From Candidatus Kerfeldbacteria bacterium RIFCSPLOWO2_02_FULL_42_19 (lineage in GTDB: Bacteria > Patescibacteriota > Patescibacteriia > HO2-48-17), in assembly GCA_001818315.1 (NCBI GenBank), contig MHKF01000012.1, forward strand, positions 194,080-249,148: a DNA stretch of 55,069 nt, given 5' to 3'. Positions 1 through 8,879 of the stretch are shown piece by piece (positions within the stretch are counted from its first letter, which is position 1; the number at the start of each line of letters is the position of its first letter). The notes under the pieces were generated by a model. The model had not been told where the DNA came from and searched no databases. It worked only from the letters and a program-made list of their open reading frames with translations. Made by a program: the position numbers and the translations under genes.

Positions 1-96
1 GTGGCGGTTAATGATGCTCATGTGATTGTTGGAAACGGTTATTACCAAGGTCAATTGCGACCCTTTATGCTTATTCCAAATAATCAAAATCAGTGA
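1..96 (+). CDS. 3' end of a CDS that begins upstream of the window (product unknown)
   Basis: Frame +1 is open from base 1 to TGA at 94-96 (VAVNDAHVIVGNGYYQGQLRPFMLIPNNQNQ*). Too short to assign a function. Confidence 0.3.
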   Translation: MAVNDAHVIVGNGYYQGQLRPFMLIPNNQNQ

Positions 97-144
97 TCCG
101 ACTTTCGCGACTTCTATTGAATAAATGCGTTTAATAGATAACCT

Positions 145-1479
145 ATGAAAAAATCAAAATCAAAAAATTCATCTTCAGTGTCACAAACTCCGGCGACGCC
201 GATGTCATCGGTTACCCCGTCTTCTGATGCAGCTTCACGTTCGTTAGCGTCCAAAAGCAACCTTTGGATTTACATCATCATTGCTGTGGTGATCGTAGTG
301 ATTGTTGTTATCATGTATGTTGTTCTCGGCGCTTCGGATCAAGACAAAACAAAAGGTTCATCGCAGAAGTCAAAAACAACTGTGACAAATGCGATGAGCA
401 CGAATGAATCTATGGAAGTTTTAGACGCTACAACGTTAGAACTGTCGGACAGAGATATGGCACTCGCTTTATTAACAGAAAATGAAATCGCTACCGTTAC
501 TCGACAATCGGGTCAAATTCGCTCAGCTCCAGTTGAATTTAATGATCATTTGGAGGAGGATAGTTGGGATTATGTTACTTTTGTGGCACGCATAACGAAT
601 TATCGTAGTACCGGTACTCCTTTTGTGGAGAATGCTGTGACGCGACATCTTTCGACGGAAGGTGCACAGCAGGGTATTGTGGAAAAAGCAGGTGATTATC
701 AGCGCATTGACCTTCCGGAAAAAATCGGAGATAGCAGTCTTGCTTATTTTATTCCGGCTGGTGATGGTTATCCGGCAGCGGTTGGAGTGCGTTTTACGTA
801 CGCCTTTTGGTCCGCGAAGGTTTTTGTGTATGATGTCAAGCCCTCTTCTGTTGTTTTATCTGAAGAAGAATTGGCGGAGTTAGCGTCTGACGACGCACTC
901 ATTACTGAGTTAACACCTCTCGCGACTGCTTTAGCGAAAAAACAACTTACCAAAGTGAAGCAACTGGCCTCCGGGGATGAACGGTATCTTGCACCTCGGG
1001 ATAATGTCGCTGTGTCACGTTTACCGCACGTGCTCCCAAATTCGACGTATATTGGCGAAGCGACCGTGACGGATAAGGAGTGGTTTGGTATGACAAAAGA
1101 ATTTGATAAAGAAGTGCTGCCTGGATTTATTTCAGGAGGTTTAGTTCGTCACAAGATCGATAGTCGTAAGGATGAGGTTGTTGAAATTATCTTATTGGAA
1201 TTTGATGCACCTACTATTCCAGATGCCTATAAGAAAAATTTTGTGCAATCTGGTGGGAGTGCGGTTGAAGAAATCACATTGCCAGCGCATATTGATCTTA
1301 CTTCGGATGCGATTATTCAAGACACCATTGCGGAACTTCAATCCGCGCAGGGAAATTATTTGATTGATGTTTCCATTTTTTCACCTTTTAACACTATCGA
1401 TCGTGAAGCTGCAACGCAAGATCTCCTTATCATCACGGATTATTACTTGAAGAATTTTTTTGGTATTCCGCTGGATTAG
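145..1479 (+). CDS. hypothetical membrane-anchored protein (S/T/K-rich N-terminus, one TM helix, large extracytoplasmic part)
   Basis: 444-aa ORF. Hydrophobic stretch LWIYIIIAVVIVVIVVIMYVVLGA after a low-complexity N-terminus. No recognisable catalytic motif. Confidence 0.6.
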   Translation: MKKSKSKNSSSVSQTPATPMSSVTPSSDAASRSLASKSNLWIYIIIAVVIVVIVVIMYVVLGASDQDKTKGSSQKSKTTVTNAMSTNESMEVLDATTLELSDRDMALALLTENEIATVTRQSGQIRSAPVEFNDHLEEDSWDYVTFVARITNYRSTGTPFVENAVTRHLSTEGAQQGIVEKAGDYQRIDLPEKIGDSSLAYFIPAGDGYPAAVGVRFTYAFWSAKVFVYDVKPSSVVLSEEELAELASDDALITELTPLATALAKKQLTKVKQLASGDERYLAPRDNVAVSRLPHVLPNSTYIGEATVTDKEWFGMTKEFDKEVLPGFISGGLVRHKIDSRKDEVVEIILLEFDAPTIPDAYKKNFVQSGGSAVEEITLPAHIDLTSDAIIQDTIAELQSAQGNYLIDVSIFSPFNTIDREAATQDLLIITDYYLKNFFGIPLD

Positions 1480-1664
1480 TTGTTCGTCTCGGGTTCTTCT
1501 TCAGAAATTCTCTTGATCAAAGATGGGGCGGTGAGAACAATGTTCTGAGACTCGTATATTGTGTCTCTATTGTACCAAGCTCGCACTTATTTTCAAAACA
1601 AATGATGTCTCACACGCGCTCCGCGCGGCCGAATCGGTCGGGCAAAAATCGGAAAGTTTGATAT

Positions 1665-1739
1665 TGGTACCAGGGGTGGGATTTGAACCCACGACCAACG
1701 GCTTATGAGTCCGCTGCTCTACCTCTGAGCTACCCTGGC
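1665..1739 (-). tRNA. tRNA with CAT anticodon (elongator Met, or Ile2 if lysidine-modified); CCA encoded
   Basis: The minus strand reads GCCAGGGTAGCTCAGAGGTAGAGCAGCGGACTCATAAGCCGTTGGTCGTGGGTTCAAATCCCACCCCTGGTACCA. It has a 7-bp acceptor stem with G1:T72, a GCTC/GAGC D-stem, a CTCATAA anticodon loop and a GTGGG/CCCAC T-stem with TTCAAAT loop. Confidence 0.85.
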
Positions 1740-1914
1740 GCGGGTCAATTTTGGCTACGGGTTTCGTTCCGATTTAAAAAATCGGAACTGCACCCCTCGC
1801 CAAAATGCCCCTTTGCTCGCCGAAGCGTGCTCCAGACTGTCCGAAAAATGCCAATTTTCAATAATGGAATTTTTGGACAGTCTGTGTGTGCACCTCTGCG
1901 GCTCGCTATGTTTG

Positions 1915-1988
1915 TTGCGGGGGTGGGATTTGAACCCACGGCCTTCTGGTTATGAGCCAGACGAGCTTCCAGACTGCTCCACCCCGCG
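1915..1988 (-). tRNA. initiator-type tRNA-fMet (CAT), CCA not encoded
   Basis: The minus strand reads CGCGGGGTGGAGCAGTCTGGAAGCTCGTCTGGCTCATAACCAGAAGGCCGTGGGTTCAAATCCCACCCCCGCAA. It closely parallels E. coli tRNA-fMet, including the C1/A72 mismatch and the TTCAAAT T-loop. The sequence after discriminator A is CAA, not CCA. Confidence 0.85.
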
Positions 1989-2135
1989 TTTGCTAAGGTA
2001 GCATATTTTTTTTGTCTGCGCAACATATTTTGCGTCCCGACGAGTTTATTTTTTGTTTTTTTTACGATCATGGTATACTTTACTCAAATTGCATTGACAA
2101 TTTTTTAAGACTATGCTTTTTTAACTTCAAAACAG

Positions 2136-4502
2136 ATGCCAAATTCACCTCGCAAAAAAAATTTTCGACCCTTGTCACCAGGGCTTTCACATCATCACCC
2201 ATCATCTATGAAAAGTGCGACTCATACTTTTCGACCTCTCTATTCAGCAACGCAGACTCAGACTGCAGCTTCGACAAAAATTGCTTTGGCGGTTGTTATC
2301 GTCACCGCTGCGCTTTTTATTGGGAGTTTTGCACTAATCTTCGGAAAATCTTCCGCAGTCGTTTTGAATGGCGGTAGAATTTTTAAACAACCAACGCAGA
2401 CGGTTGCCCAGAAACCAACGGTTGTTCGTAATAAACAACTCCAAGCTGTGTTGCAACCTTTTACGAAATGTACACCCCCCGGTGTTGCTGATCTTGATGC
2501 CGCGGATATTGGCGGGTTGATCGAACTGTATAATACCGAAGGCACGGATACCGAGGATATTTTGAATTATATTGCAGAGAAACTCTCTGCATTTGTAGAA
2601 AAAGCGCAAGCAGTACGTAATGATCCGCAGTCGCAAGCAGCTGTACAAAAGGCTGTGGCCGAATGTATGGCTACGATCGTTCGTTCACTCGATAAAGTTG
2701 TTGTACAAGAATGGCGTACTATTGATGCGTATGATCGTGATGTGAACGCGCAACTCTACACGCAAGGTTTAACGGATCAAAGTGTTCTTGATGAGTTAAC
2801 GCGTGTGCATGTGATGCTTGTGGATCAGGCAATGCCCGAGACAGATCCTCAAAAACCTCGTCTTGGTCAGGTCGATTCATTTGAGGAAAAATATTTGACG
2901 CTTGCTGCGAGTGTTGCTTCGGCAAATCCGGATGCTCTCAAACTTTTCCCCTATCTCTTTGGTGTGATTACTGCCGAGTTTGAACGTGCACTGACGCTCG
3001 ATGTAGGTTATCGTATTGATGCAGCGGCTGGATATATTGCGATTCGACCCCTTGATCCGTATTTAGTTGGAGTACAGCGTTTGAGTAAAGCTCTTAGCGA
3101 TGCGTTCTATGATCCGAATTCCGGTGATTTAGTTTTGAAGCAATCTTCACCTTTGTATCGTGAAACAAATGTTCCATATTTTGTGAACGGTTTGAATTAT
3201 TCGCATAAGCAAGTCGGTTCGTATATTGATTATGATGCGATTATTACTGCGCAGGGTATTGATCAGCCGTATGTTGCGCCGAATACAGAAGTTGGCGGTG
3301 CGCGTTATGCGCGTTGCAGTGCGATTCGGTACACGCGTCACATTGTGATTACACAGTATCGTTACACGCCGATGACGTACGTCGATTTAGAAAATTACGC
3401 GCGACAGCTTCAAGCGAAGGCGCAGGCGTACAAAGACATTATCAGTTCGTCATATATTGCGATGGCGCTTCAGGAAATTCTTTGGCCTTATCTCGAAGAC
3501 GGATTACAGCCTGGAGAAATCGAACAGATTATCGCCGATTTGCAGGCGCTCATTGATGTCTTGAACGATATTAAGGATGTGACGACACCAGCAGAGTTTT
3601 ATGCGTATCTTGTGGAGGTTGCTGAGTATCTGAATGGGATTTCTGACGGCGACGGGGGTATCGGTGTAACGCCTCGGGAGTTACTTACGCATATTACTGA
3701 AACTCTGACGCGACTTTTTGGTAGCGATGTATTTGAAGGGATTGAGTTGCATGATGGTTTGAGCGAAGAGGAAATTAATCAGTTACGCGAAAATATCACT
3801 GGCGTTGATCGTGAGTGTATTAAAGTGAATGGGTTAGATCCCTCTTGCGTGGAACAACTACCACCGCTTGTGCATAATGTTGCCGAATATCTTCGTGATG
3901 TGAAAGAAGTTATTGATAGTCCTTACGGTATCGCTCCGAATCAACCTTCCGCCCAACTCGAAAATTATAATCTCTGTCGCTTTAACGGTTTGACGGTGCA
4001 ATTCCCTGACGATGTGAATCGACCTGAGTATATTCCCGCAACGGCGAAGTATGACACTTTGCCCACGGGTTCTGTACAGAAAATGTTGCAGGATACGTTG
4101 AGCTCAGCTGCGTTGCTTGTGCCGCTTGCAAAACAGCACACCGAAAACGCTGTAGTACTTGAAGCTTTAAAGAAAGTTGAGGATTTGAAAGCGCTTTTGC
4201 CAATCGCGGCAGAAGTTATCGACGAGTATAATGATAATCGCGAACAGATCATTCAGGATGCTGGTTTGCGGGCGTATATGATAGGACTCGTGACGGCGAT
4301 CTACGAAGCTTTGGAATCAAATCCCGATGCGCCGAATACTCCATTGTTTAACAAGTTATACGAAAAGACGATCGGTAGCGGAAAGACGCTTCGTGAATTT
4401 GCAGCTGACGCATTGGATGGCGCACAAAATGTAACGAAGGATGATGTTGTCGCCCTCATTACTGCGATCGCGAACGCTCTGCAGCAGCAGATGACACGCT
4501 AA
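2136..4502 (+). CDS. hypothetical membrane-anchored protein, 788 aa
   Basis: Long ORF with one TM helix (IALAVVIVTAALFIGSFALIFG) near the N-terminus, followed by an intrinsic terminator. No recognisable domain. The start codon is uncertain. Confidence 0.6.
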   Translation: MPNSPRKKNFRPLSPGLSHHHPSSMKSATHTFRPLYSATQTQTAASTKIALAVVIVTAALFIGSFALIFGKSSAVVLNGGRIFKQPTQTVAQKPTVVRNKQLQAVLQPFTKCTPPGVADLDAADIGGLIELYNTEGTDTEDILNYIAEKLSAFVEKAQAVRNDPQSQAAVQKAVAECMATIVRSLDKVVVQEWRTIDAYDRDVNAQLYTQGLTDQSVLDELTRVHVMLVDQAMPETDPQKPRLGQVDSFEEKYLTLAASVASANPDALKLFPYLFGVITAEFERALTLDVGYRIDAAAGYIAIRPLDPYLVGVQRLSKALSDAFYDPNSGDLVLKQSSPLYRETNVPYFVNGLNYSHKQVGSYIDYDAIITAQGIDQPYVAPNTEVGGARYARCSAIRYTRHIVITQYRYTPMTYVDLENYARQLQAKAQAYKDIISSSYIAMALQEILWPYLEDGLQPGEIEQIIADLQALIDVLNDIKDVTTPAEFYAYLVEVAEYLNGISDGDGGIGVTPRELLTHITETLTRLFGSDVFEGIELHDGLSEEEINQLRENITGVDRECIKVNGLDPSCVEQLPPLVHNVAEYLRDVKEVIDSPYGIAPNQPSAQLENYNLCRFNGLTVQFPDDVNRPEYIPATAKYDTLPTGSVQKMLQDTLSSAALLVPLAKQHTENAVVLEALKKVEDLKALLPIAAEVIDEYNDNREQIIQDAGLRAYMIGLVTAIYEALESNPDAPNTPLFNKLYEKTIGSGKTLREFAADALDGAQNVTKDDVVALITAIANALQQQMTR

Positions 4503-4525
4503 AGATTTTTTCAGAGAAATAGTGC

Positions 4526-4562
4526 GAGGCAGTCCGTAGAAAGTGGACTGCCTCTTTGTATT
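4526..4562 (+). terminator. rho-independent terminator after the 788-aa ORF
   Basis: GAGGCAGTCC (4526-4535) pairs perfectly with GGACTGCCTC (4545-4554), followed by TTTGTATT. Confidence 0.65.
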
Positions 4563-4740
4563 GGAGAGTGCGTGTGGGAGAATGTGAATTTTGTTGGAAT
4601 TCTGGTAGTAATGAGCAACGAACAATTTTTATGCTTCCGCGCTTTGAAGTTGTTGCATCACCGTCTGCTCGGCTTGTGTCGCTTGCGCGCGTTGACGAGT
4701 ATGCCGAAAATCGATAGCATAGGTATATTCCTGTTGTGAC

Positions 4741-4824
4741 GCCGTCGTGGCGGAATTGGTAGACGCGCGGGTCTCAAAAACCCGTGAAGGCAACTTCGTG
4801 TCGGTTCGACTCCGACCGACGGCA
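4741..4824 (+). tRNA. tRNA-Leu (CAA), class II with long variable arm, CCA not encoded
   Basis: GCCGTCGTGGCGGAATTGGTAGACGCGCGGGTCTCAAAAACCCGTGAAGGCAACTTCGTGTCGGTTCGACTCCGACCGACGGCA. Acceptor GCCGTCG/CGACGGC, anticodon stem CGGGT/ACCCG with loop CTCAAAA, T-stem GTCGG/CCGAC. Confidence 0.9.
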
Positions 4825-4915
4825 CTCGAACAACACGAGTTAGTTTGCTGTCTGTAAAACGGCTCAATCGCGCCGGCACGCTCTTGCTTCACTATCAGAT
4901 TAACCATCAACAACT

Positions 4916-5620
4916 ATGATCATTCGACCAATCAAAACGCATATTTTTCAAGAGGGCGATGATTTGTTTGCTTTCATTACGGACTACTTCAAGAAGCTTC
5001 CAGAAAAATCCGTAGTCGTCATTACCTCAAAAATCGTCGCCCTTGCGGAAAGACGAACGGCTATCGCAGAAAATGCGCAGATGAAAGAAAAACTGATCCG
5101 CGCAGAAAGCGAATTTGCCATACCAACCAAGTATGTTTGGCTCACGGTTAAGGACGGAATGGTAATGGCTTCTGCCGGAATTGATGAGTCGAACGCAAAT
5201 GGCAAACTCATCTTATTGCCGAAAGATAGTTTCAAGACGGCTCGTTTTTTGCAGAAAAAATTGCGGGGGAAATATGGCGTGAGACATCTCGGAGTTCTTG
5301 TTACCGACAGCCGCACAATTCCACTCCGTGCCGGTGTAACCGGCGTCGCTCTCGGCTATGCGGGTTTTTGCGGAATTAAGGACTACCGTGGCACACCTGA
5401 TATTTTCGGCAGAAAGTTCAAATTTTCTCGAACAAATATAGCCGATGGTCTTGCTGCCGCCGCAGTTTTAGTTATGGGCGAAGGTAACGAGCGACAACCT
5501 TTGGCGATTATTGAAAGAGCACCGGTGGAATTTTGCGATAGAGTAAACCGTGCGGAGCTACATATTGATATCCAAGAAGATATGTACCGTCCTCTTTTTT
5601 CGAAATTGCCGAAACATTGA
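4916..5620 (+). CDS. CofE/FbiB-like gamma-glutamyl ligase family protein (F420-0:L-glutamate ligase homolog)
   Basis: 234 aa. N-terminal IRPIKTHIF..GDDL, SKIVALAERR, GIDESNANG and LVTDSRTIPLRAGVTGVALGYAGF match the CofE fold motifs as I remember them. Confidence 0.65.
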   Translation: MIIRPIKTHIFQEGDDLFAFITDYFKKLPEKSVVVITSKIVALAERRTAIAENAQMKEKLIRAESEFAIPTKYVWLTVKDGMVMASAGIDESNANGKLILLPKDSFKTARFLQKKLRGKYGVRHLGVLVTDSRTIPLRAGVTGVALGYAGFCGIKDYRGTPDIFGRKFKFSRTNIADGLAAAAVLVMGEGNERQPLAIIERAPVEFCDRVNRAELHIDIQEDMYRPLFSKLPKH

Positions 5621-5701
5621 TGAGGTGAGGTTCTCATGGCCGTACAACAACAGTAAGTTAAGAATTCTGTCGGGTATCTTAATCCCTTCTGCCAAAAGAA
5701 T

Positions 5702-5823
5702 CCGCCGCGCATTCCTCCCGCACCCTCCTGCGCGGCGGATACAAAATCCCCGCCGTTTTGAAAAAAAGAGCCGAGGCAAAGCAAAATCCTTTTCCTCCCG
5801 CAAAATAGTTTTGCTTTGCCTCG
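5702..5823. other. two GC-rich hairpins displaying the same 11-nt loop motif (unassigned structured element)
   Basis: 5702-5711 pairs perfectly with 5729-5738 (10 bp). 5772-5786 pairs perfectly with 5809-5823 (15 bp). Both loops contain TTCCTCCCGCA. Local GC is about 57-67% per 60-nt line, against roughly 35-40% nearby. Confidence 0.4.
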
Positions 5824-6055
5824 TCCGCATTGTGTACCGCCGCCCGCGCGTAGCGTGGAGCGTTCGTCCATTTCAAAAATTCTTGCTAAAATAGGTTCGA
5901 GCGTGGTTGTATAAATACACAAATAGCGGAAAAATAGTGTATCGTTACTCGCACTTGATGTTTTACTCAAGAGCAAGATATAGGAAGAAGCGTTTGCGGA
6001 AGATTGCCAAAAGACAAAAGCATGGAAGTCGGATTGGGAATATCTATTTATTGCA

Positions 6056-6820
6056 ATGCAACTCATATCATTAAATACATGGGGCGGTCGTGCTGGGAAA
6101 GAAAAAATTCTTGCGTTTTTTGCGAAGCATAAAGACGTGGATGTTTTTTGTTTGCAAGAAATATGGTCAGCCCCCTACGAACATTTAGAGGGCTATCCTG
6201 CTGGTGGACTGGGTATCGATCACTCCGATATCATGGTCTATGGAATGCAGGAGATTTCCGCTTTGCTTGAGAGTCATACAGCATATTTCAGACCGCATCA
6301 TTTGGATCACTACGGCTTGATGATGCTAGTCAAAAAAGATTTCGATGTCATTTCGGAAGGAGACGTTTTCGTTTATAAAGAAAAGGGTTATATCCCCGCA
6401 GGAGATGTCGGCTTTCATGCGCGGAATGTGCAATTTGTAACCATCACAACTCAAAAAGGCAATAGATCGATTTTAAATTTTCATGGCCTTTGGAACGGCG
6501 GAGGAAAAGGTGATAGCGAAGATAGATTGCTCCAGTCGGACCGGATTATTCAGTTCATGAAAACCTTATCCAATCCATACGTTATGTGCGGTGACTTTAA
6601 TCTTTTACCTGATACACAAAGCATCAAGAAGCTGGAGGATTTTGGACTTCGTAATCTCATCAAAGAATACGGGATTACTGCAACGCGTACGAGCTTCTAT
6701 CATAAAAGAGAGAAGTTTGCGGATTATGCTTTGCTGAACGAAGGAATTGCGGTACATGATTTTCAGGTTCTATCCGATGAAGTTTCTGATCATAGCCCGC
6801 TCTATCTCGAATTTGAATAA
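6056..6820 (+). CDS. endonuclease/exonuclease/phosphatase (EEP) family protein
   Basis: LNTWGG, DVFCLQE, GDFN and SDHSPL motifs occur in the canonical EEP order. Confidence 0.75.
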   Translation: MQLISLNTWGGRAGKEKILAFFAKHKDVDVFCLQEIWSAPYEHLEGYPAGGLGIDHSDIMVYGMQEISALLESHTAYFRPHHLDHYGLMMLVKKDFDVISEGDVFVYKEKGYIPAGDVGFHARNVQFVTITTQKGNRSILNFHGLWNGGGKGDSEDRLLQSDRIIQFMKTLSNPYVMCGDFNLLPDTQSIKKLEDFGLRNLIKEYGITATRTSFYHKREKFADYALLNEGIAVHDFQVLSDEVSDHSPLYLEFE

Positions 6821-6824
6821 TAAT

Positions 6825-7115
6825 ATGACAAGCATCCACAAAAAAGTTTGGCCAGAATATTTTGAGCAAATCATTGCCGGCAAAAAAAAGCTGGAATTGC
6901 GCCTTGCTGATTTTGAAATACACGAAGGCGACATTTTGGTTTTGGAAGAATGGAACAAAGACAAAAAAGAATACACCGGAAGAAAAGTTGAGGTTGTCGC
7001 CACGTATATTCTCAAAACCAAAGGCCTCACTTTTTGGCCACAGAAGGCAATTGAACAACATGGCTTTCAAATTATTCAATTTGAGATGAAATCAAAACTT
7101 GGATTTTCTGATTGA
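6825..7115 (+). CDS. ASCH / DUF3850-like small protein
   Basis: Start moved to the ATG at 6825, 2 nt after the upstream stop. KKVWPEYFEQIIAGKKKLELRLADFEIHEGDILVLEEW resembles the ASCH/DUF3850 N-terminal pattern. Confidence 0.55.
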   Translation: MTSIHKKVWPEYFEQIIAGKKKLELRLADFEIHEGDILVLEEWNKDKKEYTGRKVEVVATYILKTKGLTFWPQKAIEQHGFQIIQFEMKSKLGFSD

Positions 7116-7154
7116 CTAGCTGCGAAATTTTTTAGTATTTTTATTTTATGTCTT

Positions 7155-8843
7155 ATGCAAAAATGTAAACAGTGTCAAGAGGAATTTGACATTACTTCGC
7201 AAGATCGGGCGTTTTATAAAAAAATGGATGTCCCTGCACCTGATCTTTGTATTTTTTGCAGAAGGCAGCATCTGTTGATTTGGCGTAATCAGCGGACGCT
7301 GTATACACGCAAATGCGATGTCACTGGAAAGACGATCATCTCTATTTTTTCACCCGAAGCGGATTATGTAGTATATGATCGTGATTATTGGTGGAGTGAC
7401 AAATGGGATCCGTGCGCATACGGAATGCAGTTTGATTTTTCCAAGACTTTTGCGGAACAATACGATGCGCTGCTGCATCGTGTGCCGATGGTAGCTGTGT
7501 TTAATGCGAGTAGTGAGAATAGCCTCTATTGTAATCATGTTACTCAATTAAAAGATTGCTATTTGTGTTTTGCCTCCTATGCTTGCCAAAATTTATTGTA
7601 TAGTGTCTCGATGTTTGATGTGGATTCGGCTGACCTATTCGAGACAGCTCATTGTACTCGTTCTTATGAGTTGGTTCAGTGCAAGAATTGTTACAATACT
7701 AATTATGCTCTGCTGTCAGAACGTTGCAATGATTCATGGTTTTTATTTGATTGTAAGGATTGTATAAATTGTATTGGCTGTACGAACTTGCGAGGTAAAC
7801 AGTATTTTATTTTCAATCAACCTTATTCCAAGGAAGAATATGAAAAGCGTTTACAAGCTTTGAGGTTGAATACGCGTGAGGGTATTGCGGCGTTCCAAAA
7901 ACAGTTCGAAGATTTTAAAAAACAAGCTATACATCGTTTTGCAACTTTAATAAATTGTGAGAATAGTACCGGAGATAATCTGGCCGGCGCCCATAATGTA
8001 CGGTATTCTTTTGCGTTGCAAGAAGATATACAGGATTCAGCTTATTGTATTCACGGTGGATTAAAATGTGTTGATGCTTATGATTCGTATGGCGTGGGCG
8101 CTGGTTTAGAGCGTTGTTATTTCTCTATTGATAGCGGTGTGGGCAGTATGGAATTGATCGGCTGTGTCGTGGTTTATGGTTCCCAGTATGCTTATTACAG
8201 TTACAATTGCCATAGTTCATTCGAGATTTTTGGTTGCACCGGACTTCGTAATAAAAAATTTTGCATTTTGAACACACAATATAGCGAAGCGGAATACAAG
8301 GAACTGAAAAGGAAAATTATCGCACATATGAAAAAGACGGGTGAATGGGGAAAGTTGCTGCCACCCTCTGTTTCTCCTTTCGCGTATAATGAAACATTAT
8401 CGCATGAATATCATCCTCTTACAAAAGAAGAAGCCGTTCGTCTTGGTTTTAAATGGCAGGATACACTTCCGGGAACGTATGGAAAAGAGACCCTCAAGCT
8501 TTTAGATGTTCCAGAGACTATTGTGAATACCGCCGATTCTATTGTGAATGAAGTGCTCGCTTGTGAGAAATGTGCGAAGAATTACAAAATCATTCAGTTT
8601 GAGTTGGATTTTTATCGAAGCAAGAATTTACCCGTACCTGCATTGTGTCCTCAGTGTCGCTATTACGCTCGTCTTGTCTTGCAAAATCCTCATAGATTGT
8701 GGCATCGAACATGTCAATGTCAGGTTCGCGCTCATGAATGGCATCCATCGAACACTTGTCAGAATGCTTTTGAAACTCCGTATGCACCTGAGCGTCCTGA
8801 GCGGGTTTATTGTGAGGTTTGTTATCAGAGGGAAGTCGTTTAG
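7155..8843 (+). CDS. Cys-rich protein with duplicated terminal zinc-ribbon-like modules and a central Cys-ladder repeat region (function unknown)
   Basis: 562 aa. The N- and C-terminal modules both follow the pattern C-x2-C-x3-[FY]-x-I-...-FY-...-P-x-P-x-LC-x2-CR. The middle carries two repeat blocks ending GCTNLRGKQYFIFNQPYSKEEYE and GCTGLRNKKFCILNTQYSEAEYK. Confidence 0.6.
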   Translation: MQKCKQCQEEFDITSQDRAFYKKMDVPAPDLCIFCRRQHLLIWRNQRTLYTRKCDVTGKTIISIFSPEADYVVYDRDYWWSDKWDPCAYGMQFDFSKTFAEQYDALLHRVPMVAVFNASSENSLYCNHVTQLKDCYLCFASYACQNLLYSVSMFDVDSADLFETAHCTRSYELVQCKNCYNTNYALLSERCNDSWFLFDCKDCINCIGCTNLRGKQYFIFNQPYSKEEYEKRLQALRLNTREGIAAFQKQFEDFKKQAIHRFATLINCENSTGDNLAGAHNVRYSFALQEDIQDSAYCIHGGLKCVDAYDSYGVGAGLERCYFSIDSGVGSMELIGCVVVYGSQYAYYSYNCHSSFEIFGCTGLRNKKFCILNTQYSEAEYKELKRKIIAHMKKTGEWGKLLPPSVSPFAYNETLSHEYHPLTKEEAVRLGFKWQDTLPGTYGKETLKLLDVPETIVNTADSIVNEVLACEKCAKNYKIIQFELDFYRSKNLPVPALCPQCRYYARLVLQNPHRLWHRTCQCQVRAHEWHPSNTCQNAFETPYAPERPERVYCEVCYQREVV

Positions 8844-8879
8844 TGTATAATGTGAGGAAGAAGATTATTCATCCTCATT

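Noticed and set aside
5383-6066. 227-aa minus-strand ORF, and the 114-aa plus-strand ORF at 5550-5894
   Set aside because: The first overlaps the 3' part of the well-supported CofE-like gene. Both run through the GC-rich hairpin island and give basic, low-complexity translations with no motifs. I treated the region as non-coding.
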